Source: Flavobacteriales bacterium (GTDB lineage: Bacteria > Bacteroidota > Bacteroidia > Flavobacteriales_D > Sanyastnellaceae). From it: a stretch of DNA of 62,192 bases. Of the stretch, positions 18,967-27,473 are shown one piece after another (the stretch's first letter is position 1; every line of letters begins with the position of its first letter). The notes beneath the pieces were generated by a model. That model searched no databases. It saw nothing but the letters and a program-made list of their open reading frames with translations, and was not told the origin of the DNA. The translations under genes and the position numbers were made by a program. Location of the stretch: NCBI GenBank assembly GCA_016777435.1, contig JADHRK010000001.1, positions 1 to 62,192 on the forward strand, written 5' to 3'.

Positions 18967-19075
18967 GGTCTATTGAATTCGATGAATGATGTCCACGAAT
19001 ATAGTACCAAGTGAAGGACCATTCTACCTCGAGGTGCCCGGGATGAGCATCGTGGGTGCTCGAGAGAAGCCTCCG

Positions 19076-19083
19076 TATATTTG
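19076..19083 (+). promoter_or_regulatory. Bacteroidota-type -7 promoter box (TAnnTTTG)
   Basis: TATATTTG lies 31 nt upstream of the ATG at 19114. It overlaps the TTG at 19081 that the ORF track uses as the start, which argues for the ATG. Confidence 0.35.
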
Positions 19084-19113
19084 CACCCTCGGACAACGTT
19101 CCGTTCAACGAAA

Positions 19114-20358
19114 ATGAGCCCAACCGAACGCACCCCAAACCAAGCCGGAAATCTCCCGGATTTTGAAAATACGGAACAGGCATTTGCACACCTGAATTCA
19201 AGGCAATTGAAAAAGGCGCTCGTGCTCTTCAGGACGGTCGGAAATCCTACTTTGGTCAAGCTGGGCAAATTGCTCATGAATCTTGCTTTGGTACTTCGTA
19301 TTCCTGTTGCCTGGGCCATTCGCCCCACGGTCTACAGCCATTTTTGCGGGGGCGAATCCATTGCGGGGTGCGAATCCACTATTTCCAGTTTGGCCAGCAG
19401 CGATGTAAAAACCATTCTTGACTACAGCGCTGAAGGAAAAGATTCTGAGGCCGAATGGGACCGAACGCACGCGGAAATCATGCGAGCCATTCAGGCAACG
19501 GAGGGCGACGATCGGCATGCATTTTCGGTCTTTAAAGTGAGCGGTCTTGCATCCACCCGCTTGCTGGAGAAGGTCGGGGCTACCTTGCAGCCACTGGCGA
19601 AGATTGAGTCTGTAATTACGGGCTTGAGCCATCATGAAAAAGAGGCTTGGAAACGTGTTCAAGCGCGTTTCTATGGACTTTGCGAACATTCCGCCCGTGT
19701 AGGGAAACCTGTCTTTATCGATGCAGAAGAGAGCTGGATCCAGCCGACCATAGATGCAATGGCTGAATCGGCTATGCGCAGGTGGAATGGTGAAGAGACC
19801 ATCGTGTACAACACCGTACAGTTGTACCGGACCGACCGGCTGGACTACCTGAAAAAATTGATCGAAACAGCGAAGGCTGAAGGATTCAAGGTAGGAGTCA
19901 AGCTCGTAAGGGGCGCCTACATGGAAAAGGAAAGGGAAAGAGCCTTGTCACGCGGCTATCCTTCTCCCATCCAACGGGATAAAGATGCAACCGACCGTGA
20001 TTTCGATGCGGCGCTGGAGTGGTGCGTAGCGCACCTTGATCATGTTTCTCTCTGCGCGGGCAGTCACAATGAAAACAGCAACGCGCTATTGTGCAGGAAC
20101 ATGGATAAACTGGGGATCGCTCGCAACGACAAGCGCGTTTGGTTCGCCCAATTGCTAGGCATGAGCGATCCCGTCAGCTTCAATCTGGCCTGTGCCAATT
20201 ACCAAGTTGCGAAGTATGTTCCTTATGGCCCCATCGCAGAGACCATTCCTTACCTCATCCGACGGGCAGAGGAAAACACCTCAGTGGCCGGACAAACTTC
20301 CCGAGAACTGGAACTGATTCGAAGGGAAAAGGATCGAAGGAATCGAAAGAACCATTAG
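19114..20358 (+). CDS. Proline dehydrogenase (stand-alone PRODH)
   Basis: DFENTEQAFAHLNSRQLKKALVLF..., VQLYRTDRLDYL, KLVRGAYMEKERERA, AGSHNENS, FAQLLGMSD. Confidence 0.85.
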   Translation: MSPTERTPNQAGNLPDFENTEQAFAHLNSRQLKKALVLFRTVGNPTLVKLGKLLMNLALVLRIPVAWAIRPTVYSHFCGGESIAGCESTISSLASSDVKTILDYSAEGKDSEAEWDRTHAEIMRAIQATEGDDRHAFSVFKVSGLASTRLLEKVGATLQPLAKIESVITGLSHHEKEAWKRVQARFYGLCEHSARVGKPVFIDAEESWIQPTIDAMAESAMRRWNGEETIVYNTVQLYRTDRLDYLKKLIETAKAEGFKVGVKLVRGAYMEKERERALSRGYPSPIQRDKDATDRDFDAALEWCVAHLDHVSLCAGSHNENSNALLCRNMDKLGIARNDKRVWFAQLLGMSDPVSFNLACANYQVAKYVPYGPIAETIPYLIRRAEENTSVAGQTSRELELIRREKDRRNRKNH

Positions 20359-22634
20359 AAGGTAAACCGCAACCCCGTTCTCAACAAACGGGGCATTCCA
20401 GCTCGAATCCCAGCAGGGCGGCGCGCCACCACGAATGCTGAATCAAAGACGTTGTTCATGCCCAGATGCCACTGCACGTTTGAGCGCAATTCGCACCGAA
20501 CCACGGCATCCAAAATGATGGACTCATCAGTCGCTTCCTGGGGGTTGATTGATCCTTGGCCTGCCGAAGTTCGCATGGCGGCAACATAACGGGTATTTGT
20601 TTCCAGAGACCACTTCTCATTTTGCATGGCAACTTGCACGCTCAGTTGATGCGGCGACAAGTACGGCATGTAATCGCCATCCACTACAACATCCCATGGG
20701 CCATAGTCACTCTCAAAAGCAGAAGTGAATTGAGCATTTGTGTAAGTGTATGACAATCGTATCGGCATGGCCCATTTGGAATCCGCTGGAAACGCATTGC
20801 ACGCTGCTTCGATCTCAAACCCCTGTGTTCGAGCACTGCCACCATTGAATAAGTCACCTGAACCCAACCCCCCTGTTGCGGCCAAATCTGCTCCCAATAA
20901 ATTTTGATAGATGTTGTTGAATATCACAGCCTGGCCCGACAACAACCCTCCGTCAAATCGAAAACCCAATTCAGCATTGATGCTTGTCTCAGCGGTTGTT
21001 TCATCATTCGAACCTGGAGGAATGAAGCCTCTATGCACTCCGCTGAAGATGTGTGCATATTCAGAGACGGCAAAATTCAAACCCAATCCCGGGAGCCACA
21101 CGATCAGTGGATTGGTGCGCTCAGAAGGCGTTGAACCGATACGATTCAAGTCAGAAGAACCCCAATCGGTTCGACCCATTTCAATATTTTCCATCCTCAA
21201 GCCCGGAGTCCATGTGAATTTTCCAGTGCGAATGGTCCCTCGTACAAATGAGGCCAGTGCTTGGGCACGATCGATGCGATTGCCCGCCGTGCCGGGTGTA
21301 CCAGCATCTGTGAGCTGCATCTCCCCGTCCACCAGCTGATACCCATCGCGCCATTCGAAACGATCCCCATAGTCCTCATGCCAACGGACACCATAAACCA
21401 ACTGACCCAATTCACCAGGCAACTGAATGGATCCACGGTGCTGAATTCCTTTCGCCTCATAAGCGCGATTGTTCGCTTTCATCTGAAGCAAAAATCCGTC
21501 TGGAGTATCTTCTTGCAATAGATTCTGACTCATGCCATCGATGAGGCTTTGCAGTGAAATTGACTGCCCCAATGAATCCTTCGCGCGATCGAGTTTGTAC
21601 CAGTTTCGCTCAAAATTCGTTTGGTAGATGTCCGTTTTCACCGACCAATTTTTCGTGACCTGCCATTCATGCGTAAGTACGGCTTGTGATTGTGCTGATT
21701 TCATCAAATCATTGGCACTGGCGTTGTACCGCTTGAAGGGGTCCGCATTGAAGTCCTCCTCCGATAGTCCCGCATAGGTCTCATTGCTCGATTCCTCTGT
21801 CTCGCTCCACTTGAATTGGATGCTTTGGGGACTTCGCGCCGATTCCTTTGATTTCCAACGCATTTTGAACATCCGGTCTGACTTGTCAAACCCTGTTGAG
21901 CCCCCGTTGGGTAGGGATTTGAATCCATCACTGCCCAAACGCATTCCTTCTGCCATTATGCCCCATGATCCATGCTTCGAATCCCATTTTTGAGTGACTC
22001 GACCATGCTCAAGAAATCCTCCAAAACCACTGGCCTCGTATCGAACCATTCCACCTGACACAATATCGTCAAAACCAGCCGTTACCAAATTGATGGCGCC
22101 ACCTGCCGTTTGCGGGCCAAATGCGATCTGGCTGCTTCCTTTGAGCACCTCTATCGACTGCATTCTGGCGATGCTTGGAAAGAAATAAGCGGCTGGAGCC
22201 GAATAGGCTGCTGGAGCCATGAGAATGCCATCTTCCATAATGGTGATGCGCGCGCTGCGCTCCGTTCCTGATCCACGCATTCCGATGTTCGGTCGCAGAC
22301 CATAGCCGTCCTCCTCTTGGATATTCACTCCACTCACGGTCCGCAAGACACGGAGCGGATCGGTGTACGAATACCGCTCCAACTCTTCTTGGCCAATGAC
22401 ATGCAATGCACCCGGCACTTCATCTACTCCTTTCGCTCCTGCGGCCAATCCAATGGTCTGAACAGAGGCCTCTGGCAAAGAATGCCATTGTTGGATCATC
22501 AAATTCAAGGAGTCGTTTTCCATCTGATTCCCAAGGCTCATTTGTGCAATAGAAAGGCTAGAGATTGAGCCAATTAAGACCATCACAGAAGCAGTCTGCA
22601 GAGCAAAAGATAAGCAAGGGTTATGTCGTGTCAT
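20355..22634 (-). CDS. TonB-dependent receptor, FecA/siderophore-receptor-like
   Basis: The internal ATG at 22634 gives a signal peptide ...LSIAQ. Plug motifs are VSGVNIQEEDGYGLRPNIGMRGSG...ITIMEDGILMAP. A long beta-barrel ends ...LRTGLRFTF. Confidence 0.85.
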   Translation of the reverse strand: MTRHNPCLSFALQTASVMVLIGSISSLSIAQMSLGNQMENDSLNLMIQQWHSLPEASVQTIGLAAGAKGVDEVPGALHVIGQEELERYSYTDPLRVLRTVSGVNIQEEDGYGLRPNIGMRGSGTERSARITIMEDGILMAPAAYSAPAAYFFPSIARMQSIEVLKGSSQIAFGPQTAGGAINLVTAGFDDIVSGGMVRYEASGFGGFLEHGRVTQKWDSKHGSWGIMAEGMRLGSDGFKSLPNGGSTGFDKSDRMFKMRWKSKESARSPQSIQFKWSETEESSNETYAGLSEEDFNADPFKRYNASANDLMKSAQSQAVLTHEWQVTKNWSVKTDIYQTNFERNWYKLDRAKDSLGQSISLQSLIDGMSQNLLQEDTPDGFLLQMKANNRAYEAKGIQHRGSIQLPGELGQLVYGVRWHEDYGDRFEWRDGYQLVDGEMQLTDAGTPGTAGNRIDRAQALASFVRGTIRTGKFTWTPGLRMENIEMGRTDWGSSDLNRIGSTPSERTNPLIVWLPGLGLNFAVSEYAHIFSGVHRGFIPPGSNDETTAETSINAELGFRFDGGLLSGQAVIFNNIYQNLLGADLAATGGLGSGDLFNGGSARTQGFEIEAACNAFPADSKWAMPIRLSYTYTNAQFTSAFESDYGPWDVVVDGDYMPYLSPHQLSVQVAMQNEKWSLETNTRYVAAMRTSAGQGSINPQEATDESIILDAVVRCELRSNVQWHLGMNNVFDSAFVVARRPAGIRAGMPRLLRTGLRFTF

Positions 22635-22686
22635 GGGGCAAAATTGGCGCCGAATTCGAAAACTCACAATCACCCAAAAAAGGTAA

Positions 22687-22703
22687 TTTAGAATCATTCT
22701 AAA
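22687..22703. promoter_or_regulatory. Perfect 8-1-8 palindrome, a candidate operator (Fur-box-like)
   Basis: TTTAGAATCATTCTAAA lies between the cytochrome stop (22726) and the receptor ATG (22634), 53-69 nt upstream of the latter. Confidence 0.3.
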
Positions 22704-22725
22704 CAAGAATGGCTCCAGAAGCAAC

Positions 22726-24708
22726 CTATAATTTCACCCAACGAACCGCTTTCCAACCACCACCAACAAGCTGAATACGAGCGAAGTAAACTCCTGCCGC
22801 CAAATCAGAAATGCGGTGACCGCTCATCGCTTCATTGACCGATGCCTCCCGAAGAACTCGCCCATTCGCATCGGTTAACCAAACGGCCGTGGCCGCTTCG
22901 CCAACGGGAGGAATCAGACGAATGAGTTGGCCCTCAGCCACGGGGTTGGGTGCCACGCGCCATTGTTCAGATTCGCCATCATATCCCATCCATCCCAAAA
23001 CGGTCGTAGACTTCATCAGTACAGGCGTCCGATCCGACGCATTGAACATGGATTCAAACGTTGCAATGGCTTCTGACTGATCCGAATATTCAAACATTCC
23101 ACTCACCCACCTTGCTGGCACGGCGATATATTGCAAGCGAACATGTGCCTGAACAGATGTCGCACCCGAGGCATCGGCAATCCGATAGACCAACCGATCG
23201 GTTCCTGACCCCTCTTCTCCAACGGATCCATCGGCATTGCGGTAGTGGTTGAAATCCACATCCAATTCAGCCATTGGACCAAATCGAACCGTGTCATAGG
23301 CCAGATGATTGGAATAAAATCCACGGGGTGCCACCCGGTTGTCTTTGAGCAAGACCGATGCGCGCTCAAGAAGTTGCGTTGGCGTCCCGGAAACATCGCC
23401 AAACACCGTTTCATATACTTGAACTTGTTCTTCAGAGGAAATCTCATTCCAATGCGGCTCATAGTCCTCGTCCCGCCCAAATACGCCTTCCTCAGGCGAC
23501 CATTTGCCGCTGTGAAACAACGTATCCCCTGAAGAAGATGAAACCAATACAAATTCCAAAAACGCCATGCGCGAAGGGTATCCGCTTGGGAATTTATGCC
23601 CTGCTGCATTTTCAATCTCCACTTCAAACAACCATTCTCCAGCTTGGGATGGGAGTTGCCATGCGTTTAGGTGAGCCGTTTCATTTTGCAACGAGCGTTC
23701 GGTTCGGGCAATGGTGGAATCAAATTGTGCCGGGCTCGCACTTAGTTCCAGTGTGACCGCATTGTCCCGCATCAATTTCAGCATGAATGCATTGCCTCCG
23801 ACCAAATGATGTTTTCCGAATCGTTGTGGAAACAGCCAATTCGGCTGGGTTGCTGCAATTGCCCCCCCTTCCACCAATGGCATGTGACACCCTTGGCATT
23901 GGACATTCTCGGCATTGAATGCAGAATTGACCCACTCGAGGTAAGTCGTTTGCTCGAAGTACACTTGACCCGTTTCTTCCCCACCTAAATCTTGCGTGTG
24001 GACGTAAAGGGAATGGCAACTTGCGCACACTTCGCTGTTGCGCATATGCTCTCCATATACGGGGATGAAGCCTGTCTGCCCGCTCATCAGCCCGTCCCAT
24101 GGGTTTTCAAAACCACCCCATGCTACATTCTCCGGATTGATCGGCAAATCCCCATTCGATCGGCCCGCCAAATTGATATCATCGATGGTATGGCACGCGG
24201 CACAACCCACTCCATCAAGTCCCAACGCGTCGTCTGCCAAATCCTCCATGGTATACCCATTCGGGCCTGCAGCCCCTGTCAAGTGCGCTTCGTGAAAACC
24301 TTGAGGTGCATGGCAAGCCGTGCACACATTTTCAATTGATTCTCGGTGATCGGGATTGACCAACCCCTCGTGTGCGACTTTCGCTTGCCAAAACGGATCA
24401 CGGGCGCTATTGGCCATCATGGTTGCCTGCCAATCCGTCACCGGACTCACCGTGTGGCCCGTTTCGTCCACCAATGCTTCTCCCTCCGGATCTGGCGCAT
24501 GGCAATTCACACAATTTCCGGATCCGGTGAAATAAACGCCTTCTTCAGTACACAATTCACCCATCCGCCAGCGCATCATTGCGGCATCATCGCCCTTGAA
24601 TTTCTGATCCGGATCTTCGGCAGCCGTCAAGAATACTCCTGCGCCAACAGAGATCAGAGGTAGAAAAAATGCAAAAAAAGTGGCGCGTTTCATCAAGAAT
24701 TGATTCAT
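22726..24708 (-). CDS. Pentahaem c-type cytochrome with a T9SS C-terminal sorting domain
   Basis: Five CxxCH motifs: CVNCH, CTACH, CAACH, CASCH, CQGCH. A haem-free domain of about 300 aa follows. The C-terminus WRVAPNPVAEGQLIRL...LAAGVYFARIQLVGGGWKAVRWVKL reads as a type-A T9SS CTD. The second ATG at 24693 (MKRATFFAFFLPLISVGAG) gives a more canonical signal peptide. Confidence 0.75.
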   Translation of the reverse strand: MNQFLMKRATFFAFFLPLISVGAGVFLTAAEDPDQKFKGDDAAMMRWRMGELCTEEGVYFTGSGNCVNCHAPDPEGEALVDETGHTVSPVTDWQATMMANSARDPFWQAKVAHEGLVNPDHRESIENVCTACHAPQGFHEAHLTGAAGPNGYTMEDLADDALGLDGVGCAACHTIDDINLAGRSNGDLPINPENVAWGGFENPWDGLMSGQTGFIPVYGEHMRNSEVCASCHSLYVHTQDLGGEETGQVYFEQTTYLEWVNSAFNAENVQCQGCHMPLVEGGAIAATQPNWLFPQRFGKHHLVGGNAFMLKLMRDNAVTLELSASPAQFDSTIARTERSLQNETAHLNAWQLPSQAGEWLFEVEIENAAGHKFPSGYPSRMAFLEFVLVSSSSGDTLFHSGKWSPEEGVFGRDEDYEPHWNEISSEEQVQVYETVFGDVSGTPTQLLERASVLLKDNRVAPRGFYSNHLAYDTVRFGPMAELDVDFNHYRNADGSVGEEGSGTDRLVYRIADASGATSVQAHVRLQYIAVPARWVSGMFEYSDQSEAIATFESMFNASDRTPVLMKSTTVLGWMGYDGESEQWRVAPNPVAEGQLIRLIPPVGEAATAVWLTDANGRVLREASVNEAMSGHRISDLAAGVYFARIQLVGGGWKAVRWVKL

Positions 24709-24734
24709 AAAATCTCCACAGCAAATGCTATGGG

Positions 24735-24742
24735 TATCTTTG
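24735..24742 (+). promoter_or_regulatory. Bacteroidota-type -7 promoter box for the PQQ dehydrogenase gene
   Basis: TATCTTTG lies 29 nt upstream of the ATG at 24771. Confidence 0.35.
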
Positions 24743-24745
24743 TGA

Positions 24746-24753
24746 CAAAGTTA
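24746..24753 (-). promoter_or_regulatory. Bacteroidota-type -7 promoter box for the cytochrome gene
   Basis: The plus strand reads CAAAGTTA, which is TAACTTTG on the minus strand. It lies 38 nt upstream of the ATG at 24708 and 53 nt upstream of the ATG at 24693. Confidence 0.3.
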
Positions 24754-24770
24754 GAGCCGAAACACCCCCC

Positions 24771-26342
24771 ATGCCATTCACACATGCCCCTCTTTTGAAT
24801 CGAAAGCCCTTCTATCTTGTTGGACTCTGCCTCAGTTGGTTTTTTTCGCTTCACGGCCAATCCGCCCCAGAAGCAATTGTCGGCGAACGATTGGTCGGCG
24901 CCGAATGGCCGGTTTCCGTTCGACCCGCCAGCCATGCGGAAGAGGAAGTCAACTTACTCATTGTCTGCCACAGCGGCTTGGTCATGTGGTTCGATGAATC
25001 CACGGGGGTCGTGCGAGAGGAACCATTCCTCGACCTCAGCTCCACGGGTTTGGACCTAGTGGATTACGGCATCATGAGTGAACAAGGACTGAATGACTTG
25101 ATCCTTGACCCCAACTTTGAGGAGAACGGGCTCTTCTACGTCATCTACAACGGCTACCGGCCGGATGGCACCGGAACCTTCATCGACGAAAGGCTCCTAT
25201 GCTTCGGGACGAATCCCGATCATACCCAAGCCGATCCCAACAATTGGTACGAAGTGCTTGAATTGGTGCAGCCTGCGCGAGGTCACAACGGTGGGCAACT
25301 GCATTTTGGCCCCCAAGATGGATACCTCTATATCAGTACCGGCGATGGAGGAGGCACGGGCACCGGAGAGACCGGCGGCGCGAGCGGAGGAGACGACCAC
25401 GGACCCATTGGAAACGGCCAGAACCTCGAAACACTTTTGGGGAAACTGCTTCGAATTCAAGTCAATGGATTAGCACCGTATAGCATTCCTGAAGACAACC
25501 CGTTCGTCTCCAACCCAGATGCTTTGGATGAGATCTGGGCGTACGGATTTCGCAATCCTTGGCGCTGGAGTTTCGACCGCTTGACCGGAGACAAATTCAT
25601 CGGTGACGTAGGAGAAGTCGATTGGGAAGAAGTCAGCATGGAGCGCGCAGACTCCGAAGGCGGCCTCAATTTTGGGTGGCGGCTCATGGAAGGCCCCATG
25701 TGTTACGAACCGCTCGAAGATTGCGACCCCGACGGCACCTTGGAACAGCCTGTATTTTCCTATCCGCACGAGAACGGATGGTGTTCCGTCATCGGAGGCT
25801 ATCGTTACCGAGGGCAAGACATTCCATCCCTCTACAGCAGCTATGTCTTCACCGATGCCTGTGGTTTTTACGATCATAAATTTTGGACCCTTTCTGAACA
25901 GGCCGATGGGAGTTGGGCCGGAGCACGACTCGACATCCAAGTGCCTGGGGGCTTTGTTCCTTGGGAGGAGACGCGGTTTGGTTTCGGCGAGAACAACCAA
26001 GGAGAATTGTACCTCTGCACCCAACAGTTTGTTTATCGCCTGAGCTACGACCCTGTTGATGCAACACAAACGCCAACCGTGAATGAGGCGCTACGCTTTT
26101 CACCAAACCCTGTGTCCATCGGTTCCGATGTGACACTTGACGTGGGCAGCGAAGGTATCTTAAGTCGCTTGCGAATCACCGACTCCAGTGGCAGGCTCGT
26201 GCACGATGTGAACCTCGAAACAGCGACTACGCCCTATGTCATGAACACCTCTGGGATGAAATCCGGGACGTACATCATTGAAGCTTGGGTCTTGAATGTA
26301 CCCCAACCCAGTCGTGGAAAACTTAGCGTTATTGGTCGCTAA
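24771..26342 (+). CDS. PQQ-dependent sugar (glucose/sorbosone) dehydrogenase-like beta-propeller with a T9SS C-terminal sorting domain
   Basis: SEQGLNDLILDPNFEENGLFYVIY, HNGGQLHFGPQDGYLYISTGDGG, WAYGFRNPWRWSFD. The C-terminus is LRFSPNPVSIGSDVTLDV...SGTYIIEAWV.... Confidence 0.8.
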   Translation: MPFTHAPLLNRKPFYLVGLCLSWFFSLHGQSAPEAIVGERLVGAEWPVSVRPASHAEEEVNLLIVCHSGLVMWFDESTGVVREEPFLDLSSTGLDLVDYGIMSEQGLNDLILDPNFEENGLFYVIYNGYRPDGTGTFIDERLLCFGTNPDHTQADPNNWYEVLELVQPARGHNGGQLHFGPQDGYLYISTGDGGGTGTGETGGASGGDDHGPIGNGQNLETLLGKLLRIQVNGLAPYSIPEDNPFVSNPDALDEIWAYGFRNPWRWSFDRLTGDKFIGDVGEVDWEEVSMERADSEGGLNFGWRLMEGPMCYEPLEDCDPDGTLEQPVFSYPHENGWCSVIGGYRYRGQDIPSLYSSYVFTDACGFYDHKFWTLSEQADGSWAGARLDIQVPGGFVPWEETRFGFGENNQGELYLCTQQFVYRLSYDPVDATQTPTVNEALRFSPNPVSIGSDVTLDVGSEGILSRLRITDSSGRLVHDVNLETATTPYVMNTSGMKSGTYIIEAWVLNVPQPSRGKLSVIGR

Positions 26343-26839
26343 CGCCCTGACATTGCTGGGCAATCGCACTCGGTCGCTGGCAATCCAGATCCGGAAGTGA
26401 GATTTACAACGCCACTTTTCGCACCAAAGCAAACTTCCAATTGCCGCAACGGGCAGCCAGGAGCCGTATCCAGAATGTAGCATGGCGGCTCTTGCCTTGG
26501 TCTGCTTTCCGACCAATTGATCTCAGCGTCCAACAGCCATTGCACCATGGTAGAATTGGATGCCTTGGCGGGGCCATCCGTACATTCCATCCAGCACGCC
26601 AGCGACTCAGACGGCAGGACACCATCCAACTGCATCCGGGATTTGATACGCTTTTCAGGGAGCCAGTCGTTGCAACCACGGCCCTGAAAAAAGAAGATGC
26701 TCAGCAACAGTCCTACGAAGACTCCGATGCCGTAGCGTAAAAAGCGTTGACGAAAATTCACGTTACAAAAGTAAAGCAAAGGACAGTGGTGTGCCCTCCC
26801 TTCGTAAATTCGGGATTCCATGATTGCTTGCAAAGACAT
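26339..26839 (-). CDS. Hypothetical Cys-rich membrane-anchored protein (start uncertain)
   Basis: One TM helix (YGIGVFVGLLLSIFFFQG) followed by a domain of about 110 aa with 7 Cys. The ATG at 26839 would overlap the divergent ABC gene by 20 nt. An in-frame GTG at 26761 (MNFRQRFLRYG...) is an alternative start. Confidence 0.4.
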   Translation of the reverse strand: MSLQAIMESRIYEGRAHHCPLLYFCNVNFRQRFLRYGIGVFVGLLLSIFFFQGRGCNDWLPEKRIKSRMQLDGVLPSESLACWMECTDGPAKASNSTMVQWLLDAEINWSESRPRQEPPCYILDTAPGCPLRQLEVCFGAKSGVVNLTSGSGLPATECDCPAMSGR

Positions 26840-27473
26840 TCAGTTCCAATACCATCCGGAATCCCCCGTGCTCTCGTTTCCGGATTTGGCTTGTTCCCGA
26901 GAAGGAAAGTTGCTTCTTTTGGGCAATTCCGGTTGTGGTAAGACAACTCTGCTGCATTTGATGTGTGGTTTGCTGCACCCGCAGCAGGGGGAAGTGGAAG
27001 TTCAAGGGCAAAAGATCAGCGCGCTGAACGGACCCGCATTGGACCGGTTTCGGGGCGAACAGTTTGGTATTGTTTTCCAGCAAAGTCATTTCATCCAAAG
27101 CTTGAGCGTGATGGAAAACCTCGCCATTCCTCATTTCTTATTGGGTGGAAAATTCCCAACATCGAAAGCGAAAGAGCTGCTTGGCAATTTGGGCATCGCC
27201 CACAAAGCCCATGCAAAACCTCGTGCCCTTAGTGTTGGAGAGCAGCAGCGGGCAAGCATTGCACGTGCCCTCATCCATCAACCGAGCATCGTACTGGCCG
27301 ATGAGCCTACAAGTGCCTTGGATGATGCTTCAACCGCTGCCGTGATTGGTCTATTGGAGGACCAATGCGCTGAAGCCGGCGCAGCACTCATTGTTGTGAC
27401 CCACGACCAGCGGCTCAAGACACGTTACTCCAATCGGGTTGAACTAAATCCGGGAACACCTCAAGCCTCATGA
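26820..27473 (+). CDS. ABC transporter ATP-binding protein (MacB/LolD/FtsE type)
   Basis: Walker A GNSGCGKTTLL, signature LSVGEQQRASIARAL, Walker B IVLADEPTSALD. Confidence 0.85.
   Translation: MIACKDIQFQYHPESPVLSFPDLACSREGKLLLLGNSGCGKTTLLHLMCGLLHPQQGEVEVQGQKISALNGPALDRFRGEQFGIVFQQSHFIQSLSVMENLAIPHFLLGGKFPTSKAKELLGNLGIAHKAHAKPRALSVGEQQRASIARALIHQPSIVLADEPTSALDDASTAAVIGLLEDQCAEAGAALIVVTHDQRLKTRYSNRVELNPGTPQAS

Noticed and set aside
20355-20358. Convergent gene pairs whose stop codons overlap (20355-20358, 26339-26342) or whose 3' ends overlap by 17 nt (55540-55556)
   Set aside because: This is real but is a common consequence of genome compaction. No hairpin or other structure is visible at these sites, so nothing further can be claimed.
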